From assembly GCA_025061735.1 (NCBI GenBank), contig JANXAU010000044.1, positions 13,933 through 77,932 of the forward strand: a stretch of 64,000 nucleotides of DNA. Direction: 5' to 3'. The stretch is from Candidatus Bipolaricaulota bacterium (GTDB lineage Bacteria; Bipolaricaulota; Bipolaricaulia; RBG-16-55-9; DRXL01). Positions 28,679 through 39,270 of this stretch are shown here, piece after piece (within the stretch, counting starts at the first letter, position 1; the number at the start of each line of letters is the position of its first letter). Below the pieces are notes generated by a model. It had not been told where the DNA came from. It saw only the letters and a program-made list of their open reading frames with translations, and did not search any database. The position numbers and the translations under genes were made by a program.

Positions 28679-28740
28679 CCCGATTGTAACGCTCTTCGCC
28701 CTCCCTTGTCGGTAATCTCTTATACAATTCGCCCAAGTTC

Positions 28741-29694
28741 TCATAACTGCTGCACCCAGCGCACCGTCCGTTGGAGACCCTCGTCCAAGCTCACGCGCGG
28801 CACAAAGCCCAACAACCGCTGAGCTTTCGCGATCTCTAACGCATTACGACGCACCTCGCCCACCCGCGGTGGTGTGTAACGGGCATTACCCTCGCTTGGG
28901 AGAAGCGCTTTTAATTTCAAAAAGAGCCGATTGACGCTGGTCTCGTGCCCCGTCCCGATGTTAAACGCCAAGTCGTCTATCGAACGCACCGGACGACGAT
29001 TCAGTTCTGACAGTCTTTCCGTCACCAAGAGATTGGCCCACGCGACGTCGCCGACGAAGACGAAATCACGAGTCTGCTCGCCATCGCCAAAGATCGTCAC
29101 GGATTGGCCCTGAGCTAATAGGCGGGCAAAAGTGCTCACGACGTTGCCGTCGCCCTTGGCGGGCTGGCGCGGCCCATAGACGTTCGCGTAGCGCAGCGCG
29201 ATATACTCTATCTGATGCGTCTGCTTGGCGCTGAAGAGATAGTGCTCGCTGGCGAGCTTGGCGACTCCATAGGGGCTGATGGGCCTCTTGGGGCTCTCTT
29301 CAGGCGAGGGGATTCTCTCAGCGTCCCCGTAGAGCACGCCCCCCGAAGAAGCAAAAATGATCTTGCGCACGGAGAACTCTTTGCAGCATTCTAAGATATG
29401 GAGCAGTCCCAAGAGATTGACGCGGGCGTCAAAAGACGGGTTGTCTACGGAGATGCGGGGGTCTATCTGGGCTGCGTGGTGATTGACCAGCTCGATCTGC
29501 TCTTGGGCGAAGACCTCGCGCAGCTCGTCAAAATCCGTGATGTCTATCTGATAGAATTTCGCGTTGGGGTTGAGGTTCTCGCGCCGGCCCGTCGAGAGAT
29601 CATCTACGACGACGACATGATGGCCGTGCGCGATATAAGCATCTACGACGTGCGAGCCGACAAAGCCCGCCCCGCCCGTCACCAAGATGTTCAT
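28741..29694 (-). CDS. NAD-dependent epimerase/dehydratase (UDP-glucose 4-epimerase-like)
   Basis: TGGAGFVG, HHAAQ, YGVAK, RYANVYGPRQ, QTRDFV. Confidence 0.88.
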   Translation of the reverse strand: MNILVTGGAGFVGSHVVDAYIAHGHHVVVVDDLSTGRRENLNPNAKFYQIDITDFDELREVFAQEQIELVNHHAAQIDPRISVDNPSFDARVNLLGLLHILECCKEFSVRKIIFASSGGVLYGDAERIPSPEESPKRPISPYGVAKLASEHYLFSAKQTHQIEYIALRYANVYGPRQPAKGDGNVVSTFARLLAQGQSVTIFGDGEQTRDFVFVGDVAWANLLVTERLSELNRRPVRSIDDLAFNIGTGHETSVNRLFLKLKALLPSEGNARYTPPRVGEVRRNALEIAKAQRLLGFVPRVSLDEGLQRTVRWVQQL

Positions 29695-30083
29695 GCGCTC
29701 TCTTTCTTGCGCACCTCCTTCCAGATGCGATCCAAGATGCCATTCACAAAGGCGGGGGAGTGCTCGCCCCCGTATTTTTTGGCCAGCTCCACCGCCTCGT
29801 TGATGACGACTTCCGGAGGGATATCCTCGCGATAGAGCAGCTCATAAATGGCCAATCTCAGAATATTGCGATCTACGGTGTGGAGGCGCTCCAAGCGCCA
29901 GCTCTCGGCCCGCTGCGCGATCAGCCGATCTATCTCCGGCTGCTTGGCGCTCACGCCGGCCGCGACCTCCCGCACGTAGGGGTCTTCGTGAGCCAGCTCG
30001 TCGTTGGAGACAGGGCGAAAGTCGCGTTGGAAGAGCCACCGAAGGATTCGTTCGCGGGCGGCACGACGAGAGAGCGTCTTCAT
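29691..30083 (-). CDS. nusB: transcription antitermination factor NusB
   Basis: RRAARE, DRNILRLA.YEL, VVINEAVELAKKYG, FVNGILD. Confidence 0.93.
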   Translation of the reverse strand: MKTLSRRAARERILRWLFQRDFRPVSNDELAHEDPYVREVAAGVSAKQPEIDRLIAQRAESWRLERLHTVDRNILRLAIYELLYREDIPPEVVINEAVELAKKYGGEHSPAFVNGILDRIWKEVRKKESA

Positions 30084-30274
30084 CTATAGAGCGACGAGAA
30101 GAGATCGCGGATGCGCTCGCGGATCTCTTCGGATTCTAATAGCTTTCCCACCAAAAAGCCTACCAAGGCCAGCCCGATCACCAGAAAGAGTTCCTCGCGC
30201 AGCCAATGCCACAACAGCCCAACGGCCACCCCAATCGCGGCTCCAACGACGCTGGGAGTCAGACGATCTATCAC
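30080..30274 (-). CDS. small membrane protein (DUF2273-like)
   Basis: 64 aa, two TM, position in the asp23-amaP-X-nusB cluster. Confidence 0.7.
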   Translation of the reverse strand: MIDRLTPSVVGAAIGVAVGLLWHWLREELFLVIGLALVGFLVGKLLESEEIRERIRDLFSSLYR

Positions 30275-30840
30275 TCCAGCTCTCCTTGGAAGAGCGGCTT
30301 CTCTTCAGGAATCCGCGTGACAATCCCCGCGGCGATGATCTGCACGCGCCGCACCTTCACACCCACCCGATCTTCTACGCTCTCTTCAATGCTCTTTTGA
30401 ATCCGCTCCGCGGTGTGGAGCACGTTCTCGCCGATGGGCAGCTCGGCCCGTACCACCACGTCCAGCCCATCGCCGCGATTCTCCAAGGCCACGCGAAAGC
30501 GCGCCAGCCCAAAGTCTTGCTGCAAGAGCTTCTCTATATACGAGCGAATCGCAAAGAGCGAGATCTTCACCGGACCTCGCGGGCTCTCGTGTTGGATGTG
30601 GCGCCAGCGCCGACGGCTCTGAATCCACTGAGCCAGAAAATACAAACCCACTAAGAAGAAGATCGCCGCAAAAAGATCTAACACAACAATAACCCAAATG
30701 CCGCTGCTCTCGTGCAGCAGCAGATCCATCAAGGGCAGCCAGCGAAAGGCCACTAGCAAAAGCGCCACCGCTCCCAACCAACTGCTCAAAAAAGCCCCCA
30801 CATACAGCAACTCAATCAACAGATCCGACGCACGCTTCAC
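30271..30840 (-). CDS. amaP: alkaline shock response membrane anchor AmaP-like
   Basis: Two N-terminal TM, G.VKIS..AI, Asp23-like C-terminus, synteny. Confidence 0.7.
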   Translation of the reverse strand: MKRASDLLIELLYVGAFLSSWLGAVALLLVAFRWLPLMDLLLHESSGIWVIVVLDLFAAIFFLVGLYFLAQWIQSRRRWRHIQHESPRGPVKISLFAIRSYIEKLLQQDFGLARFRVALENRGDGLDVVVRAELPIGENVLHTAERIQKSIEESVEDRVGVKVRRVQIIAAGIVTRIPEEKPLFQGELE

Positions 30841-31256
30841 GGCTCTCTCTCCTCCTTCTGAACCTTCCTCTTCGCCCCCCTCTCATCCCCCAGATCGAGT
30901 TCTTGGATGTAGACATCTACCGCGCTCACGCGCAATCCCGTCATCCCTTCTATCTCTTCTTTGACTTTGGCCTGCACCTTGCGAGCCACCTCGACGAGGG
31001 GATAATCATACTCGACGACGAGCTTCAACCGCACGCGAATCGACTGATCTCCCGTAAGCTGCGCGGCCACGCCCTTGCCATGGCGCTCCTCGCCCAAGAT
31101 GGCCGCCAACCCGTCGGTGACGCTCCCCTTCAGATCGCTCACCCCCGGAACCTCCTTGGCCGCGATGCTGGCAATCGCCCCGATCACCTCTTCGGCGATC
31201 GAGACCCGACCGCTGCGCGGCGTGCGCTTGGCAGAATTCACGGGACGCGAAGCCAT
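30837..31256 (-). CDS. Asp23/Gls24 family protein
   Basis: G.VSIAEEVI..IA..AA.EVPGV, KGV, MTGL.V..VDVYI. Confidence 0.88.
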   Translation of the reverse strand: MASRPVNSAKRTPRSGRVSIAEEVIGAIASIAAKEVPGVSDLKGSVTDGLAAILGEERHGKGVAAQLTGDQSIRVRLKLVVEYDYPLVEVARKVQAKVKEEIEGMTGLRVSAVDVYIQELDLGDERGAKRKVQKEEREP

Positions 31257-31257
31257 A

Positions 31258-31818
31258 CTAGCGCTGCACGCGCTCGATATACTCCCCCGTACGCGTGTCT
31301 ACTTTCACCCAATCGCCCGGATTGATAAAGAGCGGGACCTTCAGCTCCAGCCCCGTCTCCAAGATCGCCGGCTTCATCACGTTGCTCACGGTATCGCCCC
31401 GGACTCCCGGATCGGTCTGCTTCACTTGCAACTCCACGGTGATAGGGACGTTCACCTTGACAAACGCCCCGTTATAAAACAGCCCGGAGACTTCCATGTT
31501 CTCCTTCAAATAGGGCTTGACATCGCTGACTTGTTCCTCCGTCAGCGTGTACTGGTCGAACGTCTCGGTGTCCATGAACGTATAGAGGTTTCCGCTGCTG
31601 TAGAGATACTGCATCGGGCGTTCGTCCAGGCGCACGATCTTGACCGGGGCCGAATCGAAGAAGTTCTGCGGGATGACCTTGCCCGTCTTGAGATGGCGCA
31701 GCCGACACTGCGCCACCGGGCGCCCTTGGGCCTTCTTGACGTGCGCGTACTCCTCGATGATCCACAGCTCCCCTTCGTATTCGATCACTTTGCCTTTGCC
31801 CAAATCGCTGACACCCAT
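31258..31818 (-). CDS. efp: translation elongation factor P
   Basis: YLY, FMDTETFDQ, PGVRGDT, KPA.LETG, VPLFI..GD.VKVDTRTGEY. Confidence 0.95.
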   Translation of the reverse strand: MGVSDLGKGKVIEYEGELWIIEEYAHVKKAQGRPVAQCRLRHLKTGKVIPQNFFDSAPVKIVRLDERPMQYLYSSGNLYTFMDTETFDQYTLTEEQVSDVKPYLKENMEVSGLFYNGAFVKVNVPITVELQVKQTDPGVRGDTVSNVMKPAILETGLELKVPLFINPGDWVKVDTRTGEYIERVQR

Positions 31819-31833
31819 CGTCGTCCTCCTTTG

Positions 31834-32712
31834 TCAATTCTCGGTGGCAATCTCCGTCGCTCGTTTGCGTTCGGTCCATTTGATGGCCCAGAGCGTGGCT
31901 TCGTAGAGGATGATCAACGGCAGCGCCATCGCCGTCTGGGTGAACGGGTCGGGGGTCGGTGTCAGAAACGCCCCCAGCACGAACGCTAACACAATAGCAT
32001 ATTTGCGGTTCTCTCGCAAGAACGTGTGGGTGACCAGTCCGATCTTGGCTAAGAGAAAGAGCACCATGGGCAGTTCAAACGCCAGCCCAAAGCCGAGCAT
32101 CATCCACAAGATAAACGAAATATAATGATCGAACGTGAACGTCGCTTGCAGATAGGGGCCACCCAAGCCGACGAAGAACCGAATAGCCGCGGGGACGACA
32201 AAGAAGAGACACCCGAAAGCGCCCAGATAGAAGAGCCCAGCGCCCGCAGTGAAGCCGTAGCGCGCGTATTTCTTCTCGTGGGGGAAGAGCGCTGGGACGA
32301 TAAACTGCCAGATTTGGTACAAGATAAAGGGCGCACCGACGAGAAGCCCTACCGAGAGCGCTAGTTTAATGTATCCGAAGAAGACCTCCGTTGGGCGGAT
32401 GAAGATCAAGCTGCCCCCTTGGAAGAGGAAGCTGCGGCACTCGAAGGCCAGTTGAGACCAGCGCTCTTCGGGCATCTGCGGGAGATGGGGGTCGAGCAGC
32501 AGGGTGCGGCAGGATTCGAGCAGCCGTAAGAGTTCGGCGCGCGATCCCGTGAGGGCGCGCAGCGGCGCGGTGAGAAACGCTAGGAGCTGCTCCCGGAAGA
32601 TATACGCCACGATAGCAATAGCGAGAACGACGACCAGGGAGTAGATCACGCGGGCGCGCAGCTCGTCGAGATGTTCCCAAAGGCTCATTTGATTTGGATC
32701 TTTCCTGGGCAT
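31834..32712 (-). CDS. tatC: twin-arginine translocase subunit TatC
   Basis: MSLWEHLDELRAR, YQIWQFIVPAL...EK, FELP, TPTPDPFTQ. Confidence 0.93.
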   Translation of the reverse strand: MPRKDPNQMSLWEHLDELRARVIYSLVVVLAIAIVAYIFREQLLAFLTAPLRALTGSRAELLRLLESCRTLLLDPHLPQMPEERWSQLAFECRSFLFQGGSLIFIRPTEVFFGYIKLALSVGLLVGAPFILYQIWQFIVPALFPHEKKYARYGFTAGAGLFYLGAFGCLFFVVPAAIRFFVGLGGPYLQATFTFDHYISFILWMMLGFGLAFELPMVLFLLAKIGLVTHTFLRENRKYAIVLAFVLGAFLTPTPDPFTQTAMALPLIILYEATLWAIKWTERKRATEIATEN

Positions 32713-32785
32713 AGGGCTTGCTGGGATTATACGAAGCGGATGCGAGAAAGGCAAACGCTAAGAACTCTTGAAGATCTCCGGAAAC

Positions 32786-35383
32786 TTAGCGCATCATTTT
32801 GAGTCTCTCATACATCTTCTGCAAGAACTTCTGACGATCTTCGACTTTGATAATATCTGAGCGCGCGTGCATCACGATCTGCAGCGCAAACGGCGACGGC
32901 GATGGACTCACCAAGCCCTCGAGCTCGATCTGCCCTGAGCGAATCTCGTCTATCACTCTCTGCGCGTTCTCGATATCCATCGCGTCTTCCATGACTTCGC
33001 GATAGGTCTCTGTGAGAATCGGGAAATATTCGTCCATGCGCTCGACGGCGTTCTGCAAAATATACGCCTTCATCTGTTGACGCCCCACCGACTTGCGCTG
33101 CCCTTTGTAACTGCGCAAAATCATGAACGCGCGCGTGGCGCAGTGCCGAAATCGTCTGCGCAAGATCTCCGTATCGCGCAGCGCGTCGCGCAGCACCTCG
33201 CGCAGATCGCGCTCTTTGAGCAGATCAAACGCTTCCATCACTTTGACCGAGCCTTCGTAGGCCAAATAAAAGCCGTGATCGGTCACGGCGATCTCAATAT
33301 CTTTATCTTCGCGACGCGCGATCAGATACGCTAACGCTCGGCTGAGCGCATCGTTCACCCGTCTCCCAAAGAGCGCATGGAAGATCACGATCGTCTTCGG
33401 CCCTTCGGTGTAGAACTCGATCAGCAGCTTGCGCCGATGGGGCAGCCGAGAATATCGGTGCTGTTCGGCAAAATAGCGATAGAGCGACTCGACCCCGCGC
33501 GGATCTAATCCTAACTGCTCGCGAATATACGTTTTGATCGCTTCCGGGGAGGCTCTGTTCGCAAAAAGCTCATAGAGCGAGAGGCGAAACTCTTGAATCT
33601 CTATAGCGAGTTCAAAGCTTAAAGGGAGCATCTCGGAGAACCAACTGGGCACGGTCGCCCGCTCTTCCTGTGCGGATTCAACTTGGATCGTCATCCCACG
33701 CGAGAACTTAAACTTATAAATTTCTCCCCCCAGCACGAACGTGTCGTGCTTGCGCAACATTTCTAGAAAGCCCTCTTCGATCTGCCCGATGCGCTTGTCT
33801 CCGGCTTTCACGATAATATACGATTCGTCGGGAATCGTGCCCACGTTGGTCATATACAAGACGCGCGCCAGCCGCCCCCGCGCGCGGATCTGCCCCGTCT
33901 CTCTGTCGTAATAGATCTTCGCGTAGACGTGACGGTCTTCTAGGTCGGTGTATTCTCCCGCGAGATACTCTAAGACCTTCTCGAAGTGCTCACGGGAAAG
34001 CTCCGCGAAGTTATAGCTGCGCGTCACCAGTTCGTAGAGATCGTCGGCATAGGTGGGGCCGTCGAGCAGAATTCCAAAGATCTGCTGGGCGAGCACGTCG
34101 AGACAGTTCTTGGGGATATGCAGCTTCTCTAGTTTGTGCCGGAGCGCGCTGCGCATCATCACGGCGCACTCGACCAAATCGTCTTGATCGGTGACGACGA
34201 CGCGCCCCTTGATCGTGTCATGCAGTTTATGTCCAGAGCGCCCAACTCTCTGAAGCGCGCGCGTGACGCTCTTGGGGGACCCCAACAGAATCACTAAATC
34301 TACATACCCGATGTCAATGCCCAACTCTAAACTCGTGCTGGAGACGACGACCTTTAATTCGCCGTTCTTGAGACGTCTCTCGATGTCAAGTCGCAACTCT
34401 TTGCTCAGAGAACTGTGATGCGCGCCGATGACTTCGACGTAGTGGGGAAACTTCTCTTTGAGCGTGTGCACGACTCGTTCAGTCAGTGCGCGAGTGTTGG
34501 TGAAGATCAGCGTCGAGCGATGCTGCTGGATGAGGTCATCAAGAAGCGCGTAGAGATTGGCATTCAGTTCTTCAAATGAGCAATGCACAAAGTCATCTAC
34601 AGGGCTTAAGACTTGGAGATCGATCTTCTTCTCAAAGCGCGCGTCAATGATAATACAATCGCGCCAGGGATCGCTTCCGTCGCCCAGCGGCGTGAGCACC
34701 TGTCCGTAGCGTCGTCCTACTAAGAATCGAGCGACTTCGTCGAGGGGGCTGACGGTCGCCGAAAGGCCGATCCGCGCGAAATCGCTCAGCTCTTGGAGTC
34801 TCTCCAGCGAGAGCGCCAGATGTGCACCACGCTTGTTCTCGGCCAGCGCGTGTACTTCGTCTACGATTACCCAGCGCACGTAGCTGAAATAATTCGAGAA
34901 CTGTTTTGCCGAGAGCGCGATGGCGAACGATTCGGGAGTCGTGATGAGAATATGGGGAGGCTTTTTGAGCATTCGTTGGCGCTTCTCTGCTGACGTATCT
35001 CCGGTGCGGACGTCAATGCGAATGCCCAACTTCTGCCCGGCGAGAGCCTCCATCTCGCGCAACGGCTCTTCTAAGTTGCGTTCGATGTCATTGCCCAGTG
35101 CTTTCAACGGCGAGATATAGACGCAATAAATCTGATCTTCGAGAGCATTCCGCGATGCGAGCTGAACTAACTCGTTGATGATCGCTAAGAACGCCGCGAG
35201 CGTCTTGCCCGACCCCGTTGGCGCTGAGATGAGGCAGTTCTTTCGGTTGTGAATATGGGGGATAGCGAAGCGTTGCGGCGGGCTGAACGCCGAGAATTTC
35301 TCGGTGAACCATTGGCGCACCAAGGGGTGCAGCAACGCGAAGATCTCTGCGTCAGAGAACGACTCTGTTTGTCTGATCAGCAT
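32786..35383 (-). CDS. lhr: Lhr-core ATP-dependent SF2 helicase (archaeal-type length and architecture)
   Basis: APTGSGKT, SPLKAL.NDI, ITTPES, DEVH, GLSAT, LELGIDIG, QRVGRSGH. Confidence 0.9.
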   Translation of the reverse strand: MLIRQTESFSDAEIFALLHPLVRQWFTEKFSAFSPPQRFAIPHIHNRKNCLISAPTGSGKTLAAFLAIINELVQLASRNALEDQIYCVYISPLKALGNDIERNLEEPLREMEALAGQKLGIRIDVRTGDTSAEKRQRMLKKPPHILITTPESFAIALSAKQFSNYFSYVRWVIVDEVHALAENKRGAHLALSLERLQELSDFARIGLSATVSPLDEVARFLVGRRYGQVLTPLGDGSDPWRDCIIIDARFEKKIDLQVLSPVDDFVHCSFEELNANLYALLDDLIQQHRSTLIFTNTRALTERVVHTLKEKFPHYVEVIGAHHSSLSKELRLDIERRLKNGELKVVVSSTSLELGIDIGYVDLVILLGSPKSVTRALQRVGRSGHKLHDTIKGRVVVTDQDDLVECAVMMRSALRHKLEKLHIPKNCLDVLAQQIFGILLDGPTYADDLYELVTRSYNFAELSREHFEKVLEYLAGEYTDLEDRHVYAKIYYDRETGQIRARGRLARVLYMTNVGTIPDESYIIVKAGDKRIGQIEEGFLEMLRKHDTFVLGGEIYKFKFSRGMTIQVESAQEERATVPSWFSEMLPLSFELAIEIQEFRLSLYELFANRASPEAIKTYIREQLGLDPRGVESLYRYFAEQHRYSRLPHRRKLLIEFYTEGPKTIVIFHALFGRRVNDALSRALAYLIARREDKDIEIAVTDHGFYLAYEGSVKVMEAFDLLKERDLREVLRDALRDTEILRRRFRHCATRAFMILRSYKGQRKSVGRQQMKAYILQNAVERMDEYFPILTETYREVMEDAMDIENAQRVIDEIRSGQIELEGLVSPSPSPFALQIVMHARSDIIKVEDRQKFLQKMYERLKMMR

Positions 35384-35517
35384 GGGCTTTTCAATCTAAC
35401 ATTAAGACCCCTTCGTTGCAAGTATAAAGTCGGCAGAGCTGTCAGCGGGCAGCAACGGTGGAAAGACTTTAGCTGATAGCTGAATAAATTGCTATAATCT
35501 CTCCGGAGGAGAGACTC

Positions 35518-35802
35518 ATGCTTGGGTTGGATCGCATCACCTTTGATCCACAGATCATGGGCGGCCAAGCTTGCATCCGCGGGATGCGTATCACCGTTTC
35601 GCTGATCGTGAATCTGATCGCCAACGGCATGACCCACGAAGAGATCCTCAAAGCCTACCCCTATCTTGAGCCAGAGGACATCACCCAAGCCCTGCAGCAT
35701 GCAGCGGGGCTTGGTCAGTCAGGCTCAGCTCCCCAGCGTGGAGCTATTGTTATCGTCACGGCAGGGAGAACGCGAGTGCGTATGTTACCTGTTGTCGGCT
35801 AA
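35518..35802 (+). pseudogene. DUF433 antitoxin fused in frame to the tail of a DUF5615-like PIN toxin (collapsed TA module)
   Basis: DRITFDPQIMGGQACIRGMRI..YPYLEPEDI followed by GAIVIVTAGRTRVRMLPV; SD GGAGGAG and TATAAT upstream. Confidence 0.65.
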
Positions 35803-36192
35803 GCATCTCTTCTTTGGAGGGGCATCGGGATACTTGAGCACTTTCAGTCCCACCTTGGCTAGGCCCTTGCGCACCATGCCCAACTTCTCTGCCGCTGCAA
35901 AAGACAGATCGATAATCCGTCCTTGGACGTATGGCCCGCAATCGTTGATCCTAACAACGACGCTCTTGCCCGTCTCTAGGTCCGTGACGCGCACGATGGT
36001 GCCGAAGGGCAGCGTCAGGTGCGCTGCCGTGAGCTGGTGCATGTCGTAGATTTCGCCGCTCGAAGTCCGTCTTCCGTGAAACGGCTCGCCGTACCAAGAC
36101 GCAATGCCCACTTGGTCGTAGCGTACAAGATTCCAAAGACCCAGAGTCAAAACCACCGCTGCAAGAGCATAAATAAAGTATTCTGGACGCAT
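35785..36192 (-). CDS. rlpA: RlpA-like lytic transglycosylase (DPBB domain)
   Basis: GIASWYG..FHGRRTSSGE, LTAAH.TLPFGT, RIIDLS. Confidence 0.88.
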   Translation of the reverse strand: MRPEYFIYALAAVVLTLGLWNLVRYDQVGIASWYGEPFHGRRTSSGEIYDMHQLTAAHLTLPFGTIVRVTDLETGKSVVVRINDCGPYVQGRIIDLSFAAAEKLGMVRKGLAKVGLKVLKYPDAPPKKRCLADNR

Positions 36193-36224
36193 GGCTGTTA
36201 GATTCTAACTGACTTCAAACACGC

Positions 36225-37487
<1,263 letters not shown>

Positions 37488-38006
37488 TTAGAACGACCAG
37501 TCTCGAATCAAGCGTTCGCGCAGCGCGGCCAATTCGCTGGGGGGAGACTTGCGTTCGAGCACTTTGAGCAGCTCGTCGTTCATGTGGGTCAGCTTGCGCG
37601 CCAACGCCCCCAGCATCAGATAGATCAGCCTCATGGCGGCTTGGGAGCCCTGTTGGTAACGCTCCCTCAAGAGCGCCCCGTCTATCTTGAAGACCAAGAG
37701 ATCCGTCTTGGCTGTGGCGGTGACTTTTCGCGGGCGCTCCAGCACCCATCCCATCTCCCCCAACAGCTCCCCCGGCCCTAAGACCGTCAGCAGATGGACC
37801 TCGCCGTTGCTCCCATAGGTCTTGCGGATCTCCACCTCGCCCTCCAACACCAGATAGAGATGGGGATCGGAAGCCCCTTCGGCAAAGAGGGTCTCCCCGG
37901 CCCGCAGCGACACCATCTCGCCCATCTGCAGCAGCTCTTCGATCTCCTTCTCCGAGAACTGGCGCAACAATTGATGGTCCTTCAAGTGCTCTCGATGGCT
38001 GAGCAT
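37488..38006 (-). CDS. stand-alone cyclic nucleotide-binding domain protein
   Basis: LFAEG, LYLVLEGEV, GELLGEM..PR..TA.A; no HTH; SD GGAGGGAG. Confidence 0.8.
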   Translation of the reverse strand: MLSHREHLKDHQLLRQFSEKEIEELLQMGEMVSLRAGETLFAEGASDPHLYLVLEGEVEIRKTYGSNGEVHLLTVLGPGELLGEMGWVLERPRKVTATAKTDLLVFKIDGALLRERYQQGSQAAMRLIYLMLGALARKLTHMNDELLKVLERKSPPSELAALRERLIRDWSF

Positions 38007-38017
38007 CTCTCTCCCTC

Positions 38018-39250
38018 CTAGATGCCGCGCATGGCGCGCGCTTTCGCTACCCTTCCCAAGGCCAGTAAGAACGCCGCCGTGCGCAGCGAGGTGTGCTTCT
38101 CGCGCGCCAGCGTGGCCACCTCTCGATAGGCGCGTGCCATCACCCTCTGCAGCTCGGTGCGCACGCGCTCCAAGTCCCACTTGAACTGCTGAATGTTCTG
38201 CGCCCACTCAAAGTAGCTGACGGTCACGCCCCCGGCGTTGGCCAAAATATCAGGGATCACGGTGATCCCGCGCTGGTTGAAGATCTCATCGGCTTCGGGG
38301 GTCGTGGGGCCGTTGGCCCCCTCGACGATCAGCTTGGCGCGCACCTCCGGGGCGTTCTCTTTAGTAAACACATCCCCCAACGCTGCGGGAATCAAGACGT
38401 CGCACTCCAACGCCAACAACTCCGCGTTGGTGATGCGAGTGCCCTGCGTGGCCCCTTGCAGAGTGCGGTTGCGGCGGACGAAGTCCACCAGCGCGGGGAT
38501 ATCCAACCCGTCGGGGTTGTAGAGTCCGCCGGTGACGTCGCTGACCGCCAGCACCTTGCCGCCCAGCTCGTGTAGAATCAACGCGGTGTAGGAACCTACG
38601 TTGCCAAAGCCCTGAATGGCGAAGGTCGTCCCCCGAATCGGCTTGCCCAGCGCTTTAAAGTGCTCTTCAATGATGTAGACAAGGCCGCGCCCTGTGGCCT
38701 CTTCCCGGCCCTCGGAGCCAAAGAGATCTACGGGCTTGCCGGTGACGACCGCGGGGGCGAACCCGTGAAATTTAGAATACTCGTCCATGATCCAGGCCAT
38801 CACTTGGGCGTTGGTGTTGACGTCAGGAGCGGGGATGTCTTGATAGGGGCCGATCACTTCGTGAATCTTGGCGATGAAGCGACGCGTTAAGCGCTCTAGT
38901 TCGGCTTCGGACATCCGTTTGGGATCGCACGCGATTCCCCCCTTGGCTCCGCCAAAGGGGATATTCACGATGGCCGTCTTCCACGTCATCAGCGACGCAA
39001 GGGCGCGCACGTCGTCGTCGTTGACGGTGGGATGGTATCGGATGCCGCCCTTCATTGGGCCGCGCGCGTCGTTGTGCTGGACTCGGTACCCCGTGAAGAC
39101 GCCGATCTCACCGTTGTCCATCTCGATGGCGATCTCGACTTTGACCTCTCGGTCGGGATTGATGAGGAGTTTTTCGAGGCGGTCGCTGAGGCCTAAGAGG
39201 CGCGCGGCCTCGCGAACGTAGCGGTTCACAGACTCAAATGCGCTGCTCAT
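38018..39250 (-). CDS. gdhA: glutamate dehydrogenase (Glu/Leu/Phe/Val dehydrogenase family)
   Basis: GYRVQH..ARGPMKGGIR, GGAKGG, PAPDV, QGFGNVG, EGANGP, ANAGGV.VSYFEW. Confidence 0.9.
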   Translation of the reverse strand: MSSAFESVNRYVREAARLLGLSDRLEKLLINPDREVKVEIAIEMDNGEIGVFTGYRVQHNDARGPMKGGIRYHPTVNDDDVRALASLMTWKTAIVNIPFGGAKGGIACDPKRMSEAELERLTRRFIAKIHEVIGPYQDIPAPDVNTNAQVMAWIMDEYSKFHGFAPAVVTGKPVDLFGSEGREEATGRGLVYIIEEHFKALGKPIRGTTFAIQGFGNVGSYTALILHELGGKVLAVSDVTGGLYNPDGLDIPALVDFVRRNRTLQGATQGTRITNAELLALECDVLIPAALGDVFTKENAPEVRAKLIVEGANGPTTPEADEIFNQRGITVIPDILANAGGVTVSYFEWAQNIQQFKWDLERVRTELQRVMARAYREVATLAREKHTSLRTAAFLLALGRVAKARAMRGI

Positions 39251-39270
39251 GGCTTCTGTTTCTATAATAC

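Noticed and set aside
28661..28680. Remnant of a 16S rRNA gene
   Set aside because: Similarity is limited to about 14 nt at the anti-SD; no further rRNA sequence flanks it.
28613..28822. 69-aa plus-strand ORF in the candidate sRNA region
   Set aside because: Its GTG lies inside the SD-like motif, it overlaps the epimerase antisense, and it has no recognisable features.
31075..31989. 304-aa plus-strand ORF
   Set aside because: Antisense shadow of asp23, efp and tatC.
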